Of a stretch of 64,000 nt of DNA, positions 26,401 to 34,819 are shown one piece after another. The position numbers and the translations under genes are program-made. The notes under the pieces are model-generated. The model ran no database searches and was not told the origin of the DNA. It was given only the letters and a program-made list of their open reading frames with translations. The stretch is taken from IMG/VR virus record IMGVR_UViG_3300032303_001800, positions 14,431 to 78,430 of that record; one strand, given 5' to 3'. The DNA comes from a virus (Duplodnaviria > Caudoviricetes). Numbering within the stretch: the first letter of the stretch is position 1; every line of letters begins with the position of its first letter.

Positions 26401-27549
26401 GGAGCCCTTGGTATGCTTGGTGGCCCACTTGGTATGATAGCCATGTCGGCCCTCATGCCCATAGCAATGCCTTACATTATGAAGGGCATGGGCGGTATTG
26501 GCAACTTTGTTGGTGGACTTTTTGGCAACAAACCCACCCCCAAGGTTACCGGCCCAACTGCCGTCACCACTCAGGGCAAAAAAATTGCAGCCAAACTCAC
26601 CCAGCAAGAAAAGCAACTTGCCAAGGACGAAAAAGAACTTGCTAAGCGCATTAAAAATGGTGGTAACACTGACGAAGTTCTTCGTTGGATTAATCGCGAT
26701 AAACGTAACATTGCCGGCCTTAACAAAAACATGGGCAACGTCGACAACGCTAAGTCTTTCAAAAAGATTTACGACAAGACAAACGCTATGGAGAGCGTCC
26801 GCAACGCCATCGCACATCACAAGAAAATTAATCTTGCGGATGTAAAAAAGTTGCCAAAAGAAGTGCGAATGCAGATTTTTGGCAAAGATAACGTTAAAGA
26901 GTACGATGTAGGCAAGTACGTCAAGGGCTCAAAATGGTACACCGGTGCAAACGAACGCTACCTGAAGAGGCAAGTTGGTGCTTACGAAAAGTATATGGGC
27001 GGCAAAGAGGGCTCCCAGTATCTTAATAAGATTGACAAGAACTACTTTGCTCGTCGTGAGGCTTCCAATGCTATTGGCGGGGACGCATTGAATCGTCTCA
27101 ACAAGGACCAGAAGGCAACGTTGCGAGAAGGCGAAGGCCACTTCCGCAACAACCTGACTAAGACTGAAGCCCAGGGCAAGTACATGAAGATTGAGCAGAT
27201 GGCCGGTACGCTGGTTGCTCAAGCCGCAGATTTCCGTAAAAAGGCTGCCGCCACCACCTCAACTTTTGCCAAAACGCAATACAAAGCAGAGGCAGTTCGT
27301 CTTGAGACTAAGGCCAAGCAGATGGAAGGCAACGCTAAGAAATTGGCAGCCAAATTCCACCTTGAAAAAGCAACAATTACCGATTTGGCATCTGCGATAG
27401 CAACCGCCAACAAAACCATGTATACTTCAATGGGACTTACCAAGCAGGGTTACATCGACGCATTTACTGCCGCCATGAACGGCAGCGGTGGACAGGGGCT
27501 TGCAGCAGCCGTTGCCAAGGCAATGGGCAACTCACAAGCCTTCTCATAG
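23437..27549 (+). CDS. Tape measure protein
   Basis: 1370 aa, Ala/Gly-rich helical; phage tail tape measure core (IADSMYRVAS...AGAGAGDVRLG). Confidence 0.92.
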   Translation: MADVERLGLELVTNAGGSYPRDVMRGKEATDALSGSVERVAVSADAMSASVAGAADSTAALAAEAGAATKAWQMYLSGNPQNVAALNATAGAATHAADSTAAAAGATVEYAEALRLASASSSEFVAASERVAAAEAQRSMQMASSSVSIAAAEANLGRYYKTFSKLEKMGTPAIMKAGTWTALGSAGLIYSSVHQFTELNAKMIQITTQAGIAKAWLPDLQKEVIRIGKETGQNFNDIADSMYRVASGTASWTHTLKDGTKAAGASKKQIMELTDAVSKLNLLGNVPGGVQTEQTSRIMTVMLNAGLRDIGTDPKKALRLLNAGAGAGDVRLGGLISGLGRGVLASASATGLTATDALSWMDLMTSMGTTESVAGTYVRSAIINLAASGGKGQKSLAMLGIKPGELQGLMAGKGGLISAAQRLKTGLQKWDPLPTFPKFKGKTGVAAAREQLQAWGANSLDPELLSNWSKGKLTDKQKEYIKVFMLANAFGGAKQLTPILTLIQSTSVKGDHAQREDTIEGIHKAITDHATDANVKRSLKLATDQPQTQFRILKQTLRADLVQIGQTITPAVLSISKALVHFIDKIAKMKSVIIPLTLAVSGFIAVAGLAKLGSLAKGMYAPLGKAYGITDKLWGGLSHIPGLGWTKNFVGKGGGRFRDAALTSDRTALKEAGDTLTKAGMGLMGAAEAIERAAYMGGGAGGRGGRGGRGGGGVHPGASGMGGGGRGGRGVHPGVSGMGKGITGSHAGIGKGSEGYYNLMGNMKKDPRYAYYAMHDNIGSAMKVEEKVAKRGLFSRMFGRTTPTGFSGKSRMSGPMMGGARGLIASMALNFAALRGPRGKTAYERRGAAEPTSMYIGDIIGGPGKVKKVNPRKMKGVSRYGSRGLTKMLSKADIAEEAAAKLRMPHGLPRSKYAGSAVKSVESKALGLAGRMAGKAGIVGKLGSIAAKVGGGSIMKTAAGGLARFGGTAALGGIASAAGGTALGSIAGGALGMLGGPLGMIAMSALMPIAMPYIMKGMGGIGNFVGGLFGNKPTPKVTGPTAVTTQGKKIAAKLTQQEKQLAKDEKELAKRIKNGGNTDEVLRWINRDKRNIAGLNKNMGNVDNAKSFKKIYDKTNAMESVRNAIAHHKKINLADVKKLPKEVRMQIFGKDNVKEYDVGKYVKGSKWYTGANERYLKRQVGAYEKYMGGKEGSQYLNKIDKNYFARREASNAIGGDALNRLNKDQKATLREGEGHFRNNLTKTEAQGKYMKIEQMAGTLVAQAADFRKKAAATTSTFAKTQYKAEAVRLETKAKQMEGNAKKLAAKFHLEKATITDLASAIATANKTMYTSMGLTKQGYIDAFTAAMNGSGGQGLAAAVAKAMGNSQAFS

Positions 27550-27566
27550 GATATAGGATATAACAC

Positions 27567-28343
27567 ATGCCCGCTAGTTTTGCACATTCAGCACCAACTA
27601 TCGTTACCATTTCGCCGGTTGCCATACCTGCCACTAATGCAAAGTACAGTCCGATTTCTCTTGGTCTTCTTGGGAGCGCGGAGTACGGCATTATTGGTCA
27701 GGGTGGTTGGCAAATTATTGACCGGCCCAAAATGGTTGCGGCTACTCAGTGGTTTGACCGCTCTCCATATTCCCTGAAGTTTTCAGCAATAATTGACCAC
27801 TCCATCACGGCACCCGTTACTCCGGGCGCCCCAATTTTGTCAACGTCGACTTCGGTGGAAAACGACTGTGAACAACTTGAACTTTGGCTGGAAAAAGTAG
27901 ACGCTACTTACTCGCCTCCCGTTCTTTCGATTACAGGGCCAGTTCCAGGCATTAAACGGCTGTACGTTCTTTACGGCCTCTCTTTCCGCGATGCACTTCG
28001 CGACCAGGAGGCCGGGTATAGAATTCAACAAACTGTTGACATCACGCTTTATGAGTATAGCCCACCACTAGGCAATACTCTAAATCAATATTCATATGCA
28101 CCATCGCAAACATTTGCAGAGCAACAGAACAGTTCGGACATAACGGGTACACAACAGTTTATCATTTACACCGTTAAAGACGGCGATACACTGACAAGCA
28201 TCTCTAATAATTTTTACGGCAACCCAAGTATGACCCAACAGATTAAAACCTTTAACGGCATACGAGATGATTCGGTTCTTTCCATCATGTCCGGTCAGGT
28301 TTTGAAAATGCCTAGACTGACTGCAACGGGAGCGTTCCAATGA
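27567..28343 (+). CDS. Tail tube initiator / baseplate LysM-domain protein
   Basis: C-terminal YTVKDGDTLTSISNNFYGNP...IKTFNGI...GQVLKMP LysM; located after the TMP. Confidence 0.85.
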   Translation: MPASFAHSAPTIVTISPVAIPATNAKYSPISLGLLGSAEYGIIGQGGWQIIDRPKMVAATQWFDRSPYSLKFSAIIDHSITAPVTPGAPILSTSTSVENDCEQLELWLEKVDATYSPPVLSITGPVPGIKRLYVLYGLSFRDALRDQEAGYRIQQTVDITLYEYSPPLGNTLNQYSYAPSQTFAEQQNSSDITGTQQFIIYTVKDGDTLTSISNNFYGNPSMTQQIKTFNGIRDDSVLSIMSGQVLKMPRLTATGAFQ

Positions 28344-29308
28344 CAACTGCAGGATTTGGTCCTTTTGACCTAAACCAGATTACCATCAACGGTGCGGCTC
28401 TTGACCCCGACTACAAACGCGCTGTAACTAACATTTTGATTCAACGTAGCAACATGGGTTCTTCACTGTTGACCATGCAGTTGACCGACCCTGAGCGTCA
28501 AATTATTCAAAAAGTGGCAAAGCAAGGTGCCACATTAAAAATTGACGGTCTCTCATACACGTTAAGTCAATTTGTAAAAGCATCGGACCAGGTTCAGTTG
28601 ATTTTTGAGTCTAGCGGTGTATATGCTCTTCGCGGGCAACGTAAGCCTACCAAGGCCCAAACCGGAAACCAATATGTAACGCCTTTTATGAAGTCGCTAG
28701 TTTGGGCAATTAGAGGCATGACGTATGTGGGCCCAGATTACGCTGCCACTTACCCTCAACTAATTGCTCTGAAGGCAAACAAGGGGATTACTTTAAAAAC
28801 TGTCCCGCCTTTTGCCGTGGGTCGAGGCAGCGGTGCTACTACTGACACCAACGAAGATTCTTGGACATGTCTGTCTCGTATTGCGTCCACTATTGGATGG
28901 CGATTGTGGGAAAGCGGCAACGTAGTTTACTGCGGACCAGACGAATATTGGTTAGGTAAATTGCCCGGTCAAAAGGGAATTCCTCCAGTTAACAAAGCAG
29001 TTTCTAATAGCAAAATTCCTGACTTAAAAGAATTTACACGAACCACTCAGTTGATTGACTTTGACTGGAACGTCAACAAACCTCTTGGTCAAGCAAGCGT
29101 TACCTGCATGCTGGATGGTTTTTCTTACAACATTGGTCAGATAGTCAACCTTCAAGGCGTTGGTATTGCAAACGGTCATTGGATGGTCTCCTCTATTCAA
29201 AGAAACATGTTTATGCCCACTGCGGCGATGGTGCTCAATGTTCCAATGCCGCTTGCAACTTACGTCAATCCAACCTCGCTTCCGCTCAGCGCCTTCCCCC
29301 TTAAGTAA
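28340..29308 (+). CDS. Baseplate hub protein
   Basis: Position; EDSWTCLSRIASTIGW, C-terminal GQIVNLQGVG..NGHWMVSSI. Confidence 0.75.
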   Translation: MTTAGFGPFDLNQITINGAALDPDYKRAVTNILIQRSNMGSSLLTMQLTDPERQIIQKVAKQGATLKIDGLSYTLSQFVKASDQVQLIFESSGVYALRGQRKPTKAQTGNQYVTPFMKSLVWAIRGMTYVGPDYAATYPQLIALKANKGITLKTVPPFAVGRGSGATTDTNEDSWTCLSRIASTIGWRLWESGNVVYCGPDEYWLGKLPGQKGIPPVNKAVSNSKIPDLKEFTRTTQLIDFDWNVNKPLGQASVTCMLDGFSYNIGQIVNLQGVGIANGHWMVSSIQRNMFMPTAAMVLNVPMPLATYVNPTSLPLSAFPLK

Positions 29309-29317
29309 AGACACTTT

Positions 29318-31324
29318 ATGAGAACTACAGACCCCAACGTACTTCTCCAGTCATTTTTCCGTTATTCACACGGTCAAATTTTAGCAACTAGCCCTATGGG
29401 TCAGGGTGTCTATTACGGTACAGTTATCGAGACTAACGCAACTAACACTAGCCTTGCCGCTGGTTACATGCGCGTCAGCATTCCGTATCTCATTGCAGAC
29501 GAAGTGTACGCAGAAATTCCATTTGCGGGAACAACTGCTCCCCCCAATGGGACTACCGCTGTTGTTGGGTTTTCCCCCGACGGCAATCTTATTTCGCTTG
29601 GTTTCATTGGATGGGAATCATCCGGCGGCGGCGGCGCGGGAACACAGGGTCCACAGGGTTTTCAGGGCAACGCCGGGGCTAACGGCTCTCGGGGTTACCA
29701 GGGTTACCAGGGCACCGCTGGTGGACAGGGTGCCGGTGGAGCACTCGGCTACTGGGGTTCTTTTTACGATACCACCACACAATCTTGCGCCACAACCAAC
29801 ACGGCGTACGGGGTGCTTTGTAACACTACTGCTGGCTCTAACGGAGTCAACGTTGACCCGGTTATAAAAAGTCGCCTTATTTTTGACCACTCTGGTGTTT
29901 ATAACTTGCAATTTTCGTCGCAGTTTGAAAATCAGGGCGGTGGCGGTAGCGGAACAACAGTTCGGATTTGGCTTCGCGTAAATGGGACTAACATAGTAGA
30001 GTCCGCGGGTAGTGTTGACGTTAACAACAATAGCCCACTCGTAGTGAGTTCTTGGAACTATGTTCTGCAATTATACGCCAACGACTATGTAGAATTAATG
30101 TGGGCAACCACAAACACCCACATTGTCATGTTGCACAACACAACTGCAACACCGGCACCAGGCACTCCATCGGTTATTTTTACCGCTACCCAGGTAATGT
30201 ACACCCAAGAAGGTCCCCAGGGGTTTAGTGGTGCACAAGGCTACCAGGGAAATCAGGGCTCGACCGGAATCTTTGAAGGTGCTACGCCCCCAGGCGATGT
30301 TACTCTTGTCTGGGCAGACACCTCGAGCCCCTACCAGGTTGGCCCGCAGGGTTATCAAGGTTATCAAGGCGCTGGCTACCAGGGTTCGCAAGGCTCGCAG
30401 GGTTACCAGGGTGTAACTGGCGTTTACGTCAATGCCACCGCTCCGTCTAACACGTCTCTTGTTTGGGCCGATACCTCAACTGCCTTTTCCGTGGGCCCGC
30501 AAGGTTACCAGGGCGCCACTGGTTCGCAGGGAAATCAAGGTTCCACCGGTCCCCAGGGTTCGCAAGGAACGCAAGGTACAAATGGCTCGCAAGGCTCAAC
30601 TGGAACCCAAGGTTTGCAGGGATATCAAGGCTATCAGGGTTATCAAGGCAAAACTGGCGTTTACGTTAACGCCACGGCGCCCACCGATACCTCTCTTGTG
30701 TGGGCTGACACTTCAACTGCTTTTTCCGTTGGTCCACAGGGTTATCAAGGAAATCAGGGAAATCAAGGCGCTGGCTATCAGGGGGTTCAGGGTGCAACTG
30801 GCTCACAGGGTTATCAGGGAAACCAAGGTTTAACAGGTGCAGGTACGCAGGGTAGCCAGGGCGCATCAGGCTCTCAGGGAAACCAGGGTGCTCAAGGTGC
30901 TGCTGGTTCCGCGCCAAATGCTTGGACCACTGGTCAATACACTACTAACGTTACAATTTCCAGTACAAATGTTAACGCCGTTAACCCCGGCTCCCAAAAC
31001 GTAACTGTTAGTGGGTTTACCACTTATTTTGTTATTTATAACTGTAACGAATCTGCTAACGCATCAACCACTGGTCGCGCTATTAACTTGTACTTTATTG
31101 CAACTGGAGGCTCAATTACTGGAGTTGGTAGCACTAGTAGTAACGTCCTTATTTTGGGCAACACCAACAACGTTACGGGTGTTCGTGCAAACCACGCCGG
31201 TTCGACTATCATAACTACGTCAACAACTGGTTCTGTAACGTTTACACCTTGGATGTACCTTGGTGGTACAACTGACACAGTTTCAATGGCTCTCTTTTCA
31301 ATGCAAGTAATAGGAATCCGATAA
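29318..31324 (+). CDS. Baseplate spike (gpV-like N-terminus) fused to a collagen-like fibre
   Basis: GVYYGTV...MRVSIP...PPNGT.AVVGF OB-fold-like start; G-X-Q repeats; repeated VYVNATAP..TSLVWADTS modules. Confidence 0.7.
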   Translation: MRTTDPNVLLQSFFRYSHGQILATSPMGQGVYYGTVIETNATNTSLAAGYMRVSIPYLIADEVYAEIPFAGTTAPPNGTTAVVGFSPDGNLISLGFIGWESSGGGGAGTQGPQGFQGNAGANGSRGYQGYQGTAGGQGAGGALGYWGSFYDTTTQSCATTNTAYGVLCNTTAGSNGVNVDPVIKSRLIFDHSGVYNLQFSSQFENQGGGGSGTTVRIWLRVNGTNIVESAGSVDVNNNSPLVVSSWNYVLQLYANDYVELMWATTNTHIVMLHNTTATPAPGTPSVIFTATQVMYTQEGPQGFSGAQGYQGNQGSTGIFEGATPPGDVTLVWADTSSPYQVGPQGYQGYQGAGYQGSQGSQGYQGVTGVYVNATAPSNTSLVWADTSTAFSVGPQGYQGATGSQGNQGSTGPQGSQGTQGTNGSQGSTGTQGLQGYQGYQGYQGKTGVYVNATAPTDTSLVWADTSTAFSVGPQGYQGNQGNQGAGYQGVQGATGSQGYQGNQGLTGAGTQGSQGASGSQGNQGAQGAAGSAPNAWTTGQYTTNVTISSTNVNAVNPGSQNVTVSGFTTYFVIYNCNESANASTTGRAINLYFIATGGSITGVGSTSSNVLILGNTNNVTGVRANHAGSTIITTSTTGSVTFTPWMYLGGTTDTVSMALFSMQVIGIR

Positions 31325-31857
31325 TGACCGTATTAAGACAATACAATTCAGGAACAGGAACATGGGACGCAGTAATTTCGGGGGTTCAGGGGGCACAGGG
31401 CAGTCCAATGTCGACCAACGCCTCTTTTACGGCACCATTTGAAACATTTTCGGTTGTCTCAAGCGCCTATAGTGGTTCCAGCGCCGCAACGGTTGCTTTG
31501 GCGACCTCAAGTATTTATGTAAATACAGCCGGCTCTACCGCCAATTATGCTCTTAACATCACAGGTGCTCCGACTACGGTTGGTCAATCGGTTACGGCAG
31601 TTGTTGCGGTTAACGAAGGCGCATCAGCCTTCCTTCCAAACACAATCACAATTAACACGTATGCCACGGCGGCATCTGGCCTGCCAGCCAATGCTTCTAC
31701 CTACACGCCTAGTGGCGGACCAACTTTTAAGAATTTTTGGCAGGGCGCGGCCGCACCTTCATCGGCCTATGTGAGTACTCTTGCTACATACAGCATTACA
31801 ATTATGTGCGTTGCCACTAACAGTTACTACGTTTTGTATTCTCTTGTAGGTTTCTAA
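31324..31857 (+). CDS. Tail fibre/minor tail protein
   Basis: VLRQYNSGTGTWD start; Ser/Thr/Ala-rich. Confidence 0.65.
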   Translation: MTVLRQYNSGTGTWDAVISGVQGAQGSPMSTNASFTAPFETFSVVSSAYSGSSAATVALATSSIYVNTAGSTANYALNITGAPTTVGQSVTAVVAVNEGASAFLPNTITINTYATAASGLPANASTYTPSGGPTFKNFWQGAAAPSSAYVSTLATYSITIMCVATNSYYVLYSLVGF

Positions 31858-31858
31858 A

Positions 31859-32854
31859 ATGCCTTTAACTGGAACAATCGGAAGTTCGTCTTCGCGTGCG
31901 TATGGTGAATTTCTAAAAAATAGATTTGCTGTAGTTAACGGCTATACTTTTACTGGTAATGATGGGTATGCGTACGCCGTTTTTAATACCCCTACCTCTG
32001 CGGGTTCTCTTTCTGTTGCTGGAAGCGGCCTAGCCCTTGAATACATAGTTATTGGTGGCGGCGGTGGTGGGGCCTACGGTCCCTACCTACGCACTGGTAC
32101 TAACCTTTCCAACTATGCCTACTATTCCGGTGGTGGTGGTGGTGGTGGAGCGGGACAGTTGCTATACGGCACTCTCAGTTCCGTTTCTGGCACAATTTCC
32201 GGAATTACCGTTGGAACTGCTGGCTCTGGAAATGACACGCAGGGCAGCAACGGCGGCAACAGCGTTTTAAGTTCAATCACTTCTATTGGTGGCGGCGGTG
32301 GTGGTGGGTACACCGGAACCTCCCCAACGGAAAGTTCTGCAAATGGTCTTACCGGCGGTTCTGGCGGTGGTGGTTCAGGTGAGGCTACAACCGGTGGTGG
32401 GGCCTACGGCGGTTCTGCGGGAACTGGGGCAAATGTTTATGCCGGTGGTCAGGGTGCATTTGGTGGCGGTGGTGGCGGTGGTGCTACTACGGCTGGTACT
32501 CCAGGTTTCTCCTTTACGGGTACTTCCTCTGCCGGTGGTAACGGAATATCGACTTACTCCACTTGGTACGTTTCGCCTTCAACAACGCTTGGTGCCGTCT
32601 GCGGCGGTGGCGGTGGGTCTGCCGCTCAGTGGGTAGACAGTGGAGGGTGGTCTGCCTACACCGGGGGTCCCGGCGGTTCTGGCGGTGGCGGCAGAGGGGC
32701 CTATACGAGTAGCGGTCTTACTGCCGGTAATGGTACCGCATACGGTGCGGCCGGTGGTGGAGGTTGTCAAAGTGTCCCGGGCCACGGCAGCCTTCTCTAT
32801 GGCAACGGTTATAGCGGTCTTGTAATTGTTCGCGTACCAGTGTCGTCTTTGTAA
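31859..32854 (+). CDS. Glycine-rich tail protein
   Basis: IGGGGGG...GGGGAG...GGSGGGG repeats; GYSGLVIVRV end typical of glycine-rich phage tail domains. Confidence 0.75.
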   Translation: MPLTGTIGSSSSRAYGEFLKNRFAVVNGYTFTGNDGYAYAVFNTPTSAGSLSVAGSGLALEYIVIGGGGGGAYGPYLRTGTNLSNYAYYSGGGGGGGAGQLLYGTLSSVSGTISGITVGTAGSGNDTQGSNGGNSVLSSITSIGGGGGGGYTGTSPTESSANGLTGGSGGGGSGEATTGGGAYGGSAGTGANVYAGGQGAFGGGGGGGATTAGTPGFSFTGTSSAGGNGISTYSTWYVSPSTTLGAVCGGGGGSAAQWVDSGGWSAYTGGPGGSGGGGRGAYTSSGLTAGNGTAYGAAGGGGCQSVPGHGSLLYGNGYSGLVIVRVPVSSL

Positions 32855-32893
32855 TTACTTGCTATACTTGCTATAATTATAGCGAGGAGTGCC

Positions 32894-34126
32894 TTGATTA
32901 CTGTCTTCACGCCCAGCCATAATCCCAGATACCTAGATGAGTGTTACGCATCTCTTGCCGCTCAAACTTACGCAGACTGGGAATGGGTCGTTTTGTTGAA
33001 CGGCAGAGTAGAATGGTCTTGCGACGACAAACGCGTTATTGTTAGTTACGCCAAACCTAACGTTAAAGGTGTGGGGGCTCTCAAAAAGGAAGCCGTTAAT
33101 CGTGCAAGCGGAGAAATTCTAGTCGAACTAGACCACGACGATTTACTTCTGCCTAATGCGCTCAATGAAATTTACGCTGCTTTTGGCCGCTGGGGCGATG
33201 TTGGCTTTGTATACTCAGACACCATTCAGATTAATGAAGATGGCTCGCCTAACACCTCTCGTTATGATGAGCGATTTGGCTGGGAATATTACAACTACAA
33301 CGAATACATTGTTCCGCGTACGTTTGAACCACATCCTCAAAATGTTTCCCATATTTGGTTTGCCCCCAATCACGTAAGAGCCTTTAGGCGCTCTGTTTAT
33401 GACCTGGTTGGTGGTTACGACCAAGCCTTAGACGTTCTTGACGACCAAGATTTAATGTGCAAAATGTATCAAGTCACGGAATTCCGTAAAATTGGTACAC
33501 CTCTTTACAAACAGCGTATTCATCAAAAAAATACTCAGCATGTTCCCGAAATCAATGCACGCATTCAAACGGAAACAGTTGAAATTGCCGATAAATATAT
33601 AATGGGCAACATTCTTGCTTGGGCATCAAGGAACAAACTCTTAGCCCTAGACCTTGGCGCGGCACATGATAAGCCAGCAGGGTTCTTGGGGGTTGATTTA
33701 CGCGAGCGCCCAGGGGTGGACATCGTTGGCGATTTTCTTGCGCTTGACTTGCCGGAAAGTTCTGTTGGCGTTATTCGTGCCTCCGACTTTCTTGAACACA
33801 TTGCAGACAAAACGGCTGTAATGGAAAAGATTTACTATTTGCTCGCAGATGGTGGAATGCTTTTATCCATGACTCCAAGCACGGACGGCCGCGGTGCCTT
33901 TCAAGACCCAACTCACGTTTCGTACTGGAATGAAAATTCGTTTTGGTATTACACCCGCGCGCAAACTGCCGCTTACATTGATTCACAACTTCGTTTTCAA
34001 GTTTCGCGTCTCCGAACGTTTTTTCCATCGGAGTGGCACGAGCACAACAACATTTCGTACGTTCAGGCCAACTTGATTGCCATCAAGGAACCGGGCAGAA
34101 AGTACGGCGGAATTTTAGAGATATAG
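32894..34126 (+). CDS. GT2 glycosyltransferase fused to a SAM-dependent methyltransferase
   Basis: VFTPSHN..YLDECYASL..QTY..WEWVV, ELDHDD (DxD); C-terminal LDLGA...GVDL...DFLEHI; TTG start after GAGGAG. Confidence 0.85.
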   Translation: MITVFTPSHNPRYLDECYASLAAQTYADWEWVVLLNGRVEWSCDDKRVIVSYAKPNVKGVGALKKEAVNRASGEILVELDHDDLLLPNALNEIYAAFGRWGDVGFVYSDTIQINEDGSPNTSRYDERFGWEYYNYNEYIVPRTFEPHPQNVSHIWFAPNHVRAFRRSVYDLVGGYDQALDVLDDQDLMCKMYQVTEFRKIGTPLYKQRIHQKNTQHVPEINARIQTETVEIADKYIMGNILAWASRNKLLALDLGAAHDKPAGFLGVDLRERPGVDIVGDFLALDLPESSVGVIRASDFLEHIADKTAVMEKIYYLLADGGMLLSMTPSTDGRGAFQDPTHVSYWNENSFWYYTRAQTAAYIDSQLRFQVSRLRTFFPSEWHEHNNISYVQANLIAIKEPGRKYGGILEI

Positions 34127-34132
34127 GTCAAC

Positions 34133-34810
34133 ATGGCTGAGCCAGTTACAAATTTTAATCTTACGTGGGGCCAAAACGTTGGCATTACCGCGTCTTGGAC
34201 TGCCGCGGAGGATGTGACAACTAATTCGTACTATTTGCTTTACATTTTTGACCAAAATTTGACTTATCCAAACTATATGTTTTGGAAAAAAATAGTTCCT
34301 TTTGCACAAAAGGTGTCAGGTCAAGCCGGATACGTGCTGCAACCGCCGTCAACTGTTTACCTTTTGCCCTGGTCCGATGTTCTTAATTTTGGCAAAAATA
34401 ATCGAGCACCCGCTGCTATTTCTATGAAAATAATTCATGTAGACAGCACAGAAGCATTTAGCGACCCCGTGAGCGATACCGCCTACCCAAGGGCAGTTTC
34501 AAATTTTATTGGGGCCCCTCATCTCAACAATTACTTTGATTTTGACAGTTTTGGCCAGGCAAGAGTCACCCCACAAGATTCGTACGAAGAAATTTCAGAC
34601 AACGTCAAAATGCTTCTTGACACCCCACTTGGTTCGCGTACTGCTGTTCCCGGTTATGGAACTGAAGATACGCCACTTACCACGATTAACACCCAAATGA
34701 TAGAAACCTCTATTCGCCAATGGGAAACTCGCGCCAATCCAATTGTAACCGTCACTTATGACGATGACAATAATGCATCACTTAACGTCTTTATAAAAAC
34801 TAATAATTAA
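34133..34810 (+). CDS. Baseplate gp25/W-like protein with an N-terminal extension
   Basis: C-terminal QDSYEEISDNVKMLLDTPLGSR..VPGYGTED...WETR. Confidence 0.8.
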   Translation: MAEPVTNFNLTWGQNVGITASWTAAEDVTTNSYYLLYIFDQNLTYPNYMFWKKIVPFAQKVSGQAGYVLQPPSTVYLLPWSDVLNFGKNNRAPAAISMKIIHVDSTEAFSDPVSDTAYPRAVSNFIGAPHLNNYFDFDSFGQARVTPQDSYEEISDNVKMLLDTPLGSRTAVPGYGTEDTPLTTINTQMIETSIRQWETRANPIVTVTYDDDNNASLNVFIKTNN

Positions 34811-34819
34811 GGAAAGTAA

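Noticed and set aside
30220-30900. Diversity-generating retroelement TR/VR pair in the fibre repeats
   Set aside because: Differences between copies are not adenine-specific and no reverse transcriptase is present in the window
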